From positions 114,712-178,711 of the forward strand of contig CAWBZV010000004.1 of assembly GCA_963793305.1 (NCBI GenBank): 64,000 nt of DNA, written 5' to 3'. Every line of letters starts with the position of its first letter. The first letter of the stretch is position 1. Both the position numbers and the translations under genes were made by a program. Shown here one piece after another: positions 50,821 through 64,000 of this stretch. The DNA is from an uncultured Gemmatimonadales bacterium. GTDB lineage: Bacteria; Gemmatimonadota; Gemmatimonadetes; Gemmatimonadales; Gemmatimonadaceae. The notes under the pieces are model-generated. The model saw only the letters and a list, made by a program, of their open reading frames with translations, did no database searches and was not told the DNA's origin.

Positions 50821-51036
50821 GCCGATGTCGGGGGCGGCCTTCAGAATGGTTTCGCCGTCGAGTTCCAGGAGCAGGCGCAGTACGCCGTGCGTCGACGGAT
50901 GCTGCGGGCCCATGTTGAGGACCATGCTCTGCGTGCCGGTTTTATCGTGCTCATGCCGCTCGTAGTCCTGTTCGACTTCGAGTTCACTGGTGATGCCGCC
51001 GTCCGTCAGTACCGCGGAATCGTTCGCGTCGCTCAT
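50821..51036 (-). CDS. nuoD: NADH-quinone oxidoreductase subunit D, N-terminal fragment
   Basis: [26 protein letters not shown] then breaks off. Confidence 0.9.
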
Positions 51037-51061
51037 GATGCAGATTCCATTCTCAAAGCTC

Positions 51062-51526
51062 CTAATACCGGGTGCCCGTCACCGGAACGTCCTTGCGCAA
51101 CGGATGCCCCACCCAATCGTCCGGCAGCATGATCCTGGTCAGGTCCGGATGATTGAGGAAGCGGACGCCGATACAGGTCGAACACCTCACGTTCGTACCA
51201 GTTTGCCGAACGATACACCGCGAACGCCGATTCGATCTCCGGGTTTTCTCCGGACAGCGCGCGACTTCAAGCGCAGACGCTGCTTTCCGGCAATCGACTG
51301 CAGATGATAAACGATCTCGAATCGCGGCTCGGCGGGATAGCGATCGACACCCGTCACTGTGCTCAGGCGTTCGAATTTCAGATTCGTGTTTGACGCGCCG
51401 CAGCGCTTCTACGATGTTCGCCGGCGCTACTTCGACCGTCAGCTCGTTGAACTCGAACTTGGCCGTGACCGCGACATCGTCCAGCGCCGATGCCACTGGG
51501 TTATCGCGCAGATTTTCGGGAATCAT
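51062..51526 (-). CDS. nuoC: NADH-quinone oxidoreductase subunit C, frameshifted
   Basis: [35 protein letters not shown]. Confidence 0.88.
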   Translation of the reverse strand: MIPENLRDNPVASALDDVAVTAKFEFNELTVEVAPANIVEALRRVKHESEIRTPEHSDGCRSLSRRAAIRDRLSSAVDCRKAASALEVARCPEKTRRSNRRSRCIVRQTGTNVRCSTCIGVRFLNHPDLTRIMLPDDWVGHPLRKDVPVTGTRY

Positions 51527-51529
51527 TTC

Positions 51530-51987
51530 GAAACCAACTCCGGCTTGCCGGACGTGGCTTGAGTCGGGAGTCAGATCGAGGCGAATGGCCACGGGTCTTG
51601 ACAGGCGCCAGTTCGGACTGCGCCCAGTCCAGCACGCCTTTCTTCCAGATGAAGAAAAAGCCCGCCAGAATCAGGATCACGAACGTCAGCATTTCGAGAA
51701 AGCCGAACATCTTCAGCTGCTTGAAGACGACCGCCCACGGGTAGAGAAAGATGGCTTCAATATCGAACAGAATGAAGATCATCGCGACCAGGTAAAACTT
51801 CACGCTGAAGCGGTGCTGGGCATCGCCGGTGGGCGCGATCCCGCACTCGTACGGCATGTCCTTGACCTTGTTCTTCAGCCTGTCGCCCGATCACGAACGA
51901 CAGCGTGACCAGAGCGGCCGCGATCACCATCGCGAGGATGGCCTGCAGCAGAACAGGGAACCAGGTTTGGGCCAGAGTAGTAGGCAT
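51530..51987 (-). CDS. nuoA: NADH-quinone oxidoreductase subunit A, frameshifted (3' end approximate)
   Basis: [40 protein letters not shown]. Confidence 0.9.
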
Positions 51988-52050
51988 TTAAAGTTGATGA
52001 TTTTAGGGTTGGGGCGATCCCCACGACTTATAATAATCCACGGATAGCTC

Positions 52051-52263
52051 GTGTCAACGGAAAATCAGGTTACAGTCAACGGCGAACATCGCAGCTTTCC
52101 GCCGCAAACGACTCTGCTCGATGTTGTCCGGGCGCTCAACCTGGAGCCGGAACGGGTGGCGATCGAACTGAACCGGGCGATCGTCAAGCGCGAAATGTGG
52201 CCCGGCACCACCATCGCGGGCGGCGCCGAGATCGAGATCGTTCAATTCGTGGGTGGCGGGTAG
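52051..52263 (+). CDS. thiS: Sulfur carrier protein ThiS
   Basis: VNGE, VAIELNRAIV, EIVQFVGGG C-terminus. Confidence 0.9.
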   Translation: MSTENQVTVNGEHRSFPPQTTLLDVVRALNLEPERVAIELNRAIVKREMWPGTTIAGGAEIEIVQFVGGG

Positions 52264-52312
52264 ATGTCGTGAGCGCCGGCGACTCGGCGGCAGGCGAAGC
52301 CCTGCCCACTTC

Positions 52313-52657
52313 TTACGCGAAGCTTCGTACGGCGTGCGCTTCGTCTTCGTGGACGTCGAACACCGTGTAGAGCTTCGTGATCTGCAACAGATCCTTCACC
52401 CGCTTGGTCAGGCTCAGCAGCTTCAGCGTGCCGCCCTGATTCGCCACCGTCGTAAAGCCCGAAACCAGTTCGCCGATCCCCGAGCTGTCGATGTAGGAAA
52501 CATCGCCCAGGTTCAGCAGAATCTTCTTGTTGCCCTTGGCCACCAGCTCGCGCAGGGCGTCGCGCAGCGCGCTCGATCCCTCGCCGAGCGTAATCCGGCC
52601 GGAAACATCAATTACCGTCACATCACCCACCTGGCGGGTGTTCAACTTAACACTCAC
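52313..52657 (-). CDS. STAS-domain anti-sigma factor antagonist (RsbV-like)
   Basis: ILLNLGDVSYIDSSGIGELV, LLQITKL. Confidence 0.9.
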   Translation of the reverse strand: MSVKLNTRQVGDVTVIDVSGRITLGEGSSALRDALRELVAKGNKKILLNLGDVSYIDSSGIGELVSGFTTVANQGGTLKLLSLTKRVKDLLQITKLYTVFDVHEDEAHAVRSFA

Positions 52658-52697
52658 TTGCGCTTACCTCCTCGAATTTAATACCTTCAACGATCCG

Positions 52698-53151
52698 TCA
52701 TTCCTGCGGCCCGATATTCTTGACCAGGGTAACTTCCGTGCCCGCCGGGGACACCTTGCGCACTTTCATGTCGTCCATGAACGCGCCCATCAGGAACAGG
52801 CCCCGGCCCGAATGCCGCAGCAGATTCGTGTCGTGCAGCGGGTCCGGGCACTTCCTGCACCTCGAACCCTTCGCCCTGATCCGTGATCCGGATCGTGAAC
52901 CGATGCCCGTCTCGGATTTCCCGATCGACACGCTGACGTGAACCTGCTTGTTCCGGTTGTAGCGATTGCCGTGCACGACCGCGTTGACCATGCATTCGCG
53001 CACCGCCATGCCGATCCGGTGCTGGTCGTCTTCGTCGAAACCCGTCTGCTCGGCCGCCTTCAGGATCTCGCCTTCCGCCAGATCGACGCTCTCGAGCGTG
53101 GACGGGTAGTGGTGGTCGAGCACTTCTTTCGACGCCTGTATCCAATTCCAT
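52698..53151 (-). CDS. RsbW-like anti-sigma factor Ser kinase, frameshifted
   Basis: AVRECMVNAVVHGN, ITDQGEGF, SGRGLFLM..FMD. Confidence 0.85.
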
Positions 53152-53171
53152 ATCAGCAAGGGAGCGCGTAG

Positions 53172-53223
53172 TTACGAAACGCTACCACAATACATGCGAG
53201 CGTAAGCTTACGAAACGCTACCA
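53172..53223 (+). repeat. 16-bp exact direct repeat, 36-bp period
   Basis: TTACGAAACGCTACCA at 53172 and 53208 in a divergent intergenic region. Confidence 0.8.
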
Positions 53224-53295
53224 TAAAATGCCGCGCTGTCCGAAAGTCAAGAGGATGTCCAGTCCGTTCGCCGAGTTACGGTACCATGTAGTGCG

Positions 53296-53587
53296 ATGAC
53301 ACCGTCCCAGCCCCGGATCGTACTCGACAAATCTCCCGACTACCGCGAAAGCTACGCCAACAGCGTGCAGATCCGGGTCAACCTCTGGGATTTCTTTCTG
53401 ATGTTCGGCAATATCAACCAGACCTCCGCAGGACAACGTGCAGATCCACAATTTCCAGGGGATCTACGTCAGCCCGCAGCAGGCCAAGGCCCTGCTGAAC
53501 GTGCTGCAGCAGAATGTCAGCCAGTACGAATCCGCGTTCGGCGAGATTCGGCTCGAGCCGCGCGCCGGCTCCGGATTCGTCCAGTAA
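53296..53587 (+). CDS. DUF3467-like small protein, frameshifted
   Basis: YRESYANSVQI..WDFFLMFG; second frame SPQQAKALLNVLQQNVSQYESAFGEI. Confidence 0.7.
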
Positions 53588-53596
53588 CCAGCCGGC

Positions 53597-55110
53597 ATGC
53601 CGCCCGTCCGCAGGCTCGCCGAGTCCGGTTCCGGTCGTATCGTTCTGGCCTTCGGGCTGATCGCCGCGTTTCCTGATCCTGGCGCACGGATCGCTGCTCC
53701 AACTCCCGTTTTACTGGGACGAGATCGGCCAGTTCGTCCCCGCATCGCTCGATCTCTTCCGCGCCGGCGCCTGGATTCCGGTATCGACGGTCCCGAACGT
53801 TCACCCGCCGGGCGTGATGGCGTACCTGGCTGTTTTCTGGTCGATTTTCGGCTATTCCATCCCGGCAACCCGTATCGCGATGCTGCTTGTCGCCGCGTTT
53901 GGCGCGCTCGTCACGTTTCTGCTCGGAATCGAACTGTCGCGCGGCGCGACGGGGACGCCCGCCTTCGCCGCTCTCGCCCTGCTGTGTCTTTCGCCGCTGT
54001 TTTTCGCGCAGTCCATGCTGGCTCAGCTGGACATGCCCGCCATGTGCCTGTCGACGCTGGCGCTGTTGCTCTTTCTGCAGAACCGTTTCCGCGCGTCCGC
54101 CTTCGCCTGCACGATTCTGGTGCTGGTGAAGGAGACGGGAGTGGTGGCTGCCGGCGTCTGTTCGGCTGCTGGGTCTCGTTCGAGCGCAGACGGACCAGGG
54201 CGAAAGCTCGAAGCCCTCTGGTTCCTTCTCCCGTGCCGGGTCTGGCTGATCTGGCTGCTGGCGCTGCATCACGCGACGGGACACTGGTTCGGCAGCGCGG
54301 CGTTCGCCGACTACAACGTTCGCGAACCGCTTCATCCGGTCCATTTCCTGCTCGCGTTTGCGCGCCGCCTCTACTACCTTTTCATCGGCACCGGACACTT
54401 CATCGGCACGGTGGCGGTGCTTTGGGCGTTGCGCCGCATGCCGTTGCTGCGGGATCGGCCCTGGCGCATCGCCGGTTCGTTCGTGCTTGCGCAACTCCTG
54501 GTGGTCAGCGCATTCGGGGGCGCGGTGCTGGAGCGCTATGTGTTGCCCGCGCTGCCCGTCGTCTACGTCGCCTTCGCGGTTTCGTTGCGCGCGCTTCTGC
54601 CCCGGACCCGTCAGATTGCGCTTGCGGCATTGGTCGCCTGTCTGGTCGCGGCCAACTTTGTAAATCCGATCTATCCGTTCCCGTTTGAGAACAACCTGGC
54701 CTTCGTGAGTTTTGTCGGGCTTCAGGAGAGCGCGGCCAACATGGTCGAGGAGCGCGGCGCCGCTCTGCCTGGCGGTGGGTCTGGTTGCCACGGCATTTCC
54801 CATGTCCAACGCTCTCCGGAATCCCGATTTCGGATTTGTCCAGGCTCCGCGGAGAGTGCTTGAGATTACCGACTTCAGCCGCCCTGAAATCGAGAAATTG
54901 AAAGACAAGATGCCCGATATGGTCGTGGTGTGCCCACGCACCTGGGACCCGTTTCATCTGCTCGATCATCCGGCTGTCAGCGGTTTTCTGACGCGACAAT
55001 ACGGTTACGTGCCCGAAATGCCCGCGGAACAGATCGCTGCAACTTTGTCCATGCGCGTCGCCCGCCGGTGGAGACGCCGCGGCCTGACAATGGAACTTCT
55101 GGAACGATGA
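53597..55110 (+). CDS. Membrane glycosyltransferase-like (GT-C) protein, frameshifted
   Basis: FYWDE.GQF, VHPPG, LVKETG, ERYVLP, many TM segments. Confidence 0.6.
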
Positions 55111-55219
55111 ATTGGAGATGCGGCTACCAGCCGCGTTTATCAAGACGAAAAGACGCGGCTGGTAGCCGCATGTCCGTCGCCCATGTTAATGTGGCGATGT
55201 TAATGTACTGCGGTTTGGA

Positions 55220-55910
55220 ATGAGTAAATCCCGACTCGATCTCGCGAATCAACCGGGCTACACGTACGAGCCCTATCACTCGACCGCTAAACGCGCCCCG
55301 GTCAAGCCGCTGGTCTTTCTGCCGCACACTCTCTCCGAGAGGACCGGGCCGCTATTCGGCGATACGCCGATCGCGGAGACGGACCATGACCTGACGCGCC
55401 AGCACGCCGGCGAGCCGCTCGGCCAGCGCATGATTGTCGAAGGACGCGTGGTCGACGAAGAAGGGAACCCGCTCCCGCGGACTCTGATCGAGATCTGGCA
55501 GACGAATGCCGCCGGACGGTATCGCCATAAGCTCGATGACTTCCGGGCGCCCCTCGACCCCAACTTCACCGGCAGCGGCCGAATTCTCACCGACGAAAAT
55601 GGCAACTACCGTTTCCTGACCGTGAAACCGGGCGCTTATCCCTGGAACAATCACCCGAATGCCTGGCGTCCCGCGCACATTCATTTCTCTTTATTCGGAC
55701 CGTCCTTCGTATCGCGATTCATGACCCAGATGTATTTCGAAGGCGACCCGATGCTGGCTTACGATCCCGTTTTCCAGTCGATCCCCGACCGGGCGAAGCA
55801 TCGCGTTCTTGCCGGTTTCGACCTGAGCCTGACGGAAGAGAAATGGGCGCTCGGCTATCGCTTCGATCTGGTCCTGCGCGGGCCCGGACGCAACGCCGGC
55901 GGTGGACTAA
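55220..55910 (+). CDS. pcaH: Protocatechuate 3,4-dioxygenase beta subunit
   Basis: EIWQTNAAGRYRH, DPNFTG.GR, KPGAYPW.NHPNAWRPAHIHFS; late frameshift. Confidence 0.92.
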
Positions 55911-55913
55911 AAC

Positions 55914-56502
55914 ATGGATCTGATCCACACCGCCAATCAGCCGATCGGCCCCTTCTATCATTTCGCGTTGACGCCGGGGTGGGCCACCGGAGACAGTTCC
56001 GCGGGCGTTATGGCTGGCCCGGATGCGCAGGGTGAACGAATCCGGCTGACGGTTCGAGTGCTGGATCGAGACGCAAACCCGGTCACGAACGGCATGATCG
56101 AGCTGTGGCAGGCGGACGCCGGCGGCAAGTACAATCACCCCGCCGACACGCAGAAGAAAACCGCCGATCCGGCCTTCCGCGGATTCGGCCGGCTGGCGAC
56201 TGACGACCAGGGCTTGTGCGTATTCGAAACGGTCAAGCCAGGGCCAGGTACCGGGCTTGAAACAGGCCGATTGCAGGCCCCGCACATCAACGTTACCATC
56301 TATGCCCCGGGCCTGCTCCGGCGCGCGGTGACACGGATCTACTTCGACGGCGATCCCGCCAATCGTTCGGACCAGATTCTGGGTTTGGTACCGGAGGATC
56401 GGCGTCCCACGCTAATGGCCCGCCCCGGCGCGGACGCCAAGTGCGTGGTGCTTCGATCTGCATCTCACCGGACCTTGCGAGACGGTCTTTTTCGACATCT
56501 GA
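55914..56502 (+). CDS. pcaG: Protocatechuate 3,4-dioxygenase alpha subunit
   Basis: Q.IGPFYH, IELWQADAGGKY, FRGFGR, QAPHINV, TRIYF; late frameshift, ends ETVFFDI. Confidence 0.9.
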
Positions 56503-56829
56503 GTTGCCGTCCGCGATTCTGCTGCTTTCGATCTCGATGCCGTCGGGACTGGAGGCGGGGTTCGTCAAGATCTGGCAACTGAAGGAAACGGCGTCCGCCC
56601 CCGTGCTCGTGGTGGGGCGAATCGTTGGCGTTCACAAGCCCGCTTCGCTTCCCGGGGGGAGGCCCGCCGGGTGATCGCGGCGGGGAAGGGACCCATTCGA
56701 ACATCGTGATCGGGCTGACCGCCGCGCCGCTTGCATCCTGCCTCGGCCTGGCCGCGCAAAACAGCTGCCGGGCCGCGCAACAGTTATGCGGCCGTTCATC
56801 TCGCCGGCGGCGGTCTCGGCGGCGCGGTG

Positions 56830-57130
56830 GAACTCCGAGGAGCATCTGGCGGCGCGGGGAGAGCTTGGTGATCCGGCGGCGCTGGCCGACCGGCTGTTCC
56901 GTGACCTGGCCGGCGCGCTGGAACTGCTCACCGTGTATCTGGGTGAGCGGCTGGGTCTGTACCAGGCCCTGTATGCCGATAGGCCACCTCCGCGGAGCTG
57001 GCCGCCCGGACGGGCACCTTCGAGCGGTATATCCGGGAATGGCTGGAACACCATGCCGCCAGCGGGCTGCTGGAGGTCGATGATCCGGCGGCTGGGCCGC
57101 TGGCTCGCCGGTACTGCCTGCCCTGGGACG
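56830..57130 (+). CDS. Fragment: N-terminal winged-helix region of a class I SAM-dependent methyltransferase
   Basis: VYLGERLGLYQAL..ELAARTG..ERYIREWLEHHAASGLLEVD..RRYCLP. Confidence 0.6.
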
Positions 57131-57131
57131 C

Positions 57132-59192
57132 GTTTCAAGATTGCGCTCCGCGAGCACCACGTCAGAGTACTTCCAGTTCAGCACTTCGCCCTGCTCTGTC
57201 AGGCGCAGCTCTCCCGTAAAGCTTTCAAGCGGCTGTGCAAAGAGGGCGCGATGTGTAGGGCCGCCGCCACGGCCGACTGTGCCGCCGCGGCCGTGAAACA
57301 GGCGAAGATGCACACCGCACTCGCGCGCCACTGCATGCAACGCGCGATGCGCCTTCCATATCTCCCACGTAGACGCAATCATGCCTCCGTCCTTGTTGGA
57401 GTCCGAGTAGCCGAGCATGACCTCCTGGCGCTGACCCCAGGAGGCAAGCAGCGGCCGATACCAGTCGCTGGTCCAGAGCGCACGGCATATCTCCGGCGCG
57501 CGTTGCAGGTCTTCAATGGACTCAAACAGCGGCACAGGTTGTAGCCCGGGATCAGGCTTGCCGTCGTCACGCAGGCCACCTTCCACCCGCACGTTGCTTA
57601 GCCGTGCCAGCCATAACACACGCAGCGCGTCTTCCGCGGAGCTTGCGCCGGAGATCACGTATTGTGCAATGGCGCCCGGTTCGCGCCTCTTCAGCGCCGC
57701 CACTTCGCGCAAAGTCCCCAGCACTTCCTCGGTCTGCGCCGAAGGTGCCAGTGGCAATTGAAGACCGTCGCTGCCGGCGTGCCACGCCGAGATCTCCTTC
57801 ACAGCAGCTTCATGCACGCGCGCATGCTGGCGAACGTCAAGCGTATGCAGATGCAGGCCGAAGGTGCGCACAGCGAGCAGCAACGGATCAAGATACAACT
57901 CAGCCAACCGCTCGCCACGGTTCTGCGCAAGTGAATCGCGCAGAACAGCGAGATCATCCTGCATCTCCGTGGCATTGTCGTAGCGTGGCAGGGTGGCTGC
58001 ATCGGATAGCGCCAGATTTCGATGCATGCTCACCTGCGGCGTTCCGCCCAGCCGAAGCGTGATCACCAATGGCCAGACGCACGGCCTCATGTGGGAATCG
58101 ATCAGCAAAAGCGGTATGCCCCGAAGCACGAAGCTGGTCGAGGTAGCCGGCCAGTCGATGCTGCAATGCCTCCGAGATGGGCGCCTGTTGCGTGGACGAG
58201 GCAAGCTGGTCGAAGATGACGAGCAACTGCGCCAGGTAGTACTGCCGCAACAAGTCATGCGCCATCCCGACTGCTTCGGCGGTGGTCTCCGCGGTTACAA
58301 AAGGGTTCCCGTCACGGTCGCCGCCGATCCAGGAACCGAATCGCAGAACGATCGGCAGGTCTGCGAGGCTGATCCCGAGTTATCGGGAAACTCGGCTTGC
58401 AGTGCTGAGGCAATTTCGGAGTACAGCACAGGGACCGTGCTGAACAGTGAGGCCTCATAGTAGTCCAGACCCATACGGATCTCGTCGCGGACGGTGGGCC
58501 GCGCGATGCGCACATCATCGGTCTGCCACAAGGCCGTGATTTCGGCGAGAAGCTCCTCCTGGAGACGTTCAAGCTCGCTGGGCGGCAACCCCAGCGTGTC
58601 CAGGTGCTCCAGCAGTTCGGCGATGCGCCGCCGCTTGAACATCACGCTGCGCCGTGCGACTCCGTTGGGTGAGCCGTAAATACCGGCACCACACAAACCT
58701 GCTGCAACAGAGCCAGAACGCTGTCTCGGGTGTGACCTGCCTGCCGCATGCGGCGCAGCGTGCCGCGCAGACTGCCACGCTGCGGGGCAGCGTTTGCGTC
58801 GTCAGCATCCCCGCGCGCCGTCGCCGTTTGCGATGCGTGGTTTCGGCCAGATTGATCAGCTCGAAGTAGAAGGCAAACGCCCGCGCCAGCTCATAGGCGC
58901 GTTGTGGATCTTTCGCCGCGTTGCGGGTGAGGGCCTGCGCCTCTTCCAGATGGCGTTGCGCTCCGGCCGCATCGCCGGTCGCTTCAGAGTCGCGCCGCGC
59001 GATGGCGATACGCCTCAGGCTTTCTACCGTGGCGAACAGCTCTTCGCCGGCTTGTTCGCGCAGCACCTGGCCCAGCAATGCGCCCAGGGAGCGGATATCG
59101 CGGCGCAAGGGAACCTGCTTCAACTCGGTAGTTTGCGCCTCCAGTTCAGCAAGGCGGTCAGACCAGCGGGAAGGTTGCCAGTGGGAGGGCAT
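57132..59192 (-). CDS. ppc: Phosphoenolpyruvate carboxylase, frameshifted, C-terminus cut off at a junction
   Basis: [65 protein letters not shown]. Confidence 0.92.
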
Positions 59193-59239
59193 AGGGTGAT
59201 GATGCCATGTTCCCGCACTGCGTCGCGCCCGTGATGGCA

Positions 59240-60154
59240 TCAGGCTCCGTTGCGGCTGGCCTCATACACTTTCAGCTGCACGTAAGCGGCGGTAAGCAGG
59301 GGGGCTGCCACCCCGTTGGCACGGTCCAGCAGGTCGCCCAGAATATGGTCTGCTTCCACCGGCGCACCCTTGACCATGTCGCGGTACATCGAGGAGGTCA
59401 GGTTTGAGCCAGGATCGGTGAAGCGGGCGATGTGCTGCTGGTACATGACGGGGTTGGGAGGAAATCCGTTGGCGGTGGCGATCTCCGTGGCTTCCTTGAG
59501 GATGGCAAGGGCGAGCCGGGGGCCGTGTGGAGCGCGGGCGGCCTGACCGATTGTGCCGCGTGAGAGCACGCAGATAGTACCCATGCTGGCGAGAATCCAC
59601 CATTTCTGCCACAGGGTCGCGAGAATGTAGCTTGCAGAAGGGCCGTAAAGCCGGCGTTCTGCATGAAGACGTCGACGGCTTGGATGCGGGAGCTGCCGGG
59701 GCTCGAAGGATCGCCGTAGTTCATCTCGTCCAAGGGGGTTAACTGGACAATGCGGTTTTCTGGGTCGAGATCGGAGACGATGCGGACGGAACCGCCGAGG
59801 ACGCGATCGGAACCGAAGCGGCTCGCAGATGTTCGATCTGACGCATGCCATTCAGAATTGGCAAAATCATCGTATCGGGACCAACAGCTGAAGCGACATC
59901 GTTCATCGCGTCCTCAAGCTGATAAGACTTCGTGCTGATCACGATCAGGTCGAAGGGCCGAGAAATTCGCCGCAATTCTTCAGCGGACACGACGGGTGGA
60001 CGCACCGTGATGTGCTCGCCGGTGTGGGTAAGGATCTCGAGGCCGCGCTCGCCAATCTGCCGCGCCCGTGCTTCGCGCAGCAGAAAGGTGACGTCCCGCC
60101 CTGCCCGTAGCAGCATGCCTCCATAAAACCCGCCGGTGGCTCCGGCACCTACCA

Positions 60155-60167
<13 letters not shown>
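59240..60167 (-). CDS. panE: Ketopantoate reductase (ApbA/PanE family), frameshifted
   Basis: GAGATGGFYGG, STKSYQL, ILNG, WQKW, SSMYRDM..G.PVEADHI. Confidence 0.85.
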
Positions 60168-62307
<2,140 letters not shown>

Positions 62308-62372
62308 CGTCCTCTATTTTCGCAGAACACAACAGTTGCTCCGCCATTCCTCAGGTATCCCCACCTGATTTC

Positions 62373-64000
62373 ATGGCATCGAAACAGGTGTTTGGAGCCT
62401 GGAACGTGGAAGGCGGCTCAGATTCGAAGGGTGATCAGCCCGACGCGATTCGCGGGCGCTGGTGGAATCGTCGCTGGGTGAAGGCCGCGGGGTTTGCGAG
62501 CATCGCTGTCTGCTTGCTCCTGGTTCTCGCCGCCGAGTACATCCTTCACAACGCCGAACCGATTGTTCGCAAGCGCATCATCGAGACCCTGTCGGCACGT
62601 TTCGATGCACCGGTTGAGCTGGACCGGGTGGACATCTCGCTGTTCAGAGGTATCGAGGTTGACGGCTATGGTCTCCGGATTCCGTTCGGGGCGGGCAAGC
62701 CGTCGGGCGTCCCCGGTTATCCCATGATTGGCGTCCAGCACTTTGCGTTTCGCACCACCTTTGAAGGTCTGCTCCGGCAGCCGACCCATCTGGCTGCGGT
62801 CCGCGTGGAGGGCATGGAGTTGCACATCCTCCGCCCGCCCAGCGCGGGCTGATCCTTGGAACTCGCGAAGGCGTCAAGCCCGCCGATCCCCAGGACCCCA
62901 GGACGAAGCCCAAAATCGCCATCGTGGTCAAAGAGTTCCGCTGCAAAGACGTAAAGCTCTTCGTTGAGTCCGGCAGGCCGGGGAAGGAGCCGCTCGAGTT
63001 CGACATCGCCTTACTCAACATGCGCGATGTCGGCCGCGATCAGGCGATGGTGTACGACGCGCAACTAAGGAATCCCAAGCCGACCGGCGAGATTCACGCG
63101 GTCGGCCACTTCGGTCCCTGGGCCGGGGCGTCTGCACGGCCCAGCGTTCCAGCCGCGCCCTCGCCCGATCCTGGGCAGACGCCTCTTGATGGCGACTACA
63201 CCTTTGACCACGCCGACCTGAATACGGTCACGGGCATTGGCGGGATGCTTTCCTCCACTGGTCACTTCAACGGTGTGCTGGACAGAATCACTGTTGACGG
63301 CGAAACCAGCGTCCCGAATTTCTCGCTGGACATGAGCAGTCGCCCTGTTCCTCTGCATACGCGCTTCCATGCGATTGTGGACGGTACCAGCGGGGACACC
63401 TTCCTGGAGCCTGTGCACGCGCGTCTGGCAGATTCCGACTTCACCGTGAGCGGCAAGGTGGTGAAGGTTGACCACCGGGGCCACGATATTCAACTTGACG
63501 TCGACATTCCGCGTGGGAAGATGCAGGACTTCCTCCGTCTTGCAGCGAAGACGAATCCTCCGCTGATGAACGGAATGCTGGCGATGAAAGCGAAGCTGCA
63601 CATTCCTCCCGGGGATACCCGCGTGCCGGAGAAGCTGAGTATGGCCGGCACGTTTCGGCTCACCGAGGTGCGCTTCAACAATGCACGCCTGGAGGACCGC
63701 ATTGACGGCTTAAGCGCACGGGCGCAGGGCAAGCCGAAAGAGGTCGCCGAGGTGAGTGAGGATCGCCAGGCCGAGGCGCAGTCCCAGCTTGCTGCCAGGT
63801 TCACCATGGGTCATGGCGTTATGCAGGTCACAGACGTGCATTACACGATCCCGGGAGCCTTGGTCCTGCTGGACGGGGTTTATTCCATGGATGGCCGACT
63901 GTTTGAATTCAAGGGCCACGTTCGGACGGATGCGACCGCTTCGCAGATGGTGTCCGGCTGGAAAAGCTGCGCTGTTGAAGCCGATGGATCACTTCCTGAT
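62373..64000 (+). CDS. AsmA-like protein, frameshifted, runs off the window end
   Basis: N-terminal TM, IIETLSARF; later NPKPTGEIH..GHFGPW, GMLSSTGHFNG, VDGTSGDTFL, ATASQMVSGWKS. Confidence 0.7.

Overview
High-GC bacterial sequence that is not one clean genome segment. Bases 1 to ~50,070 read as a continuous chromosome segment, probably Gemmatimonadota-like (inferred from gene content). It carries an ECF sigma/anti-sigma pair, an orphan DNA adenine methyltransferase, a sigma54-promoter-led operon (two Ddl-like ATP-grasp ligases, a GNAT, a KamA-family aminomutase), thyX, acyl-CoA enzymes, rnhA, otsA-otsB-GH15, an AT-richer islet with a TIGR04255-like three-gene cassette, DUF1800/DUF1501, rho, tamA/tamB-like genes and PadR-ADOP. 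Scattered single indels occur throughout and become dense after ~44,350, most likely long-read errors. After ~50,070 several apparently unrelated fragments abut, usually mid-gene: a phage-type replication initiator with iterons; an Acidobacteria-like piece (nuoA/C/D, thiS, rsbV/W-like, pcaHG); a methyltransferase fragment; and a second Acidobacteria-like piece (ppc, panE, ABC-F, AsmA-like). Best candidates for undescribed systems: (1) the TIGR04255 / small protein / ART-like triad, a possible toxin-antitoxin-chaperone defence module; (2) the KamA + 2x ATP-grasp + GNAT operon; (3) a three-copy, orientation-conserved structured intergenic repeat. All family calls come from motif recognition by eye, without database searches.
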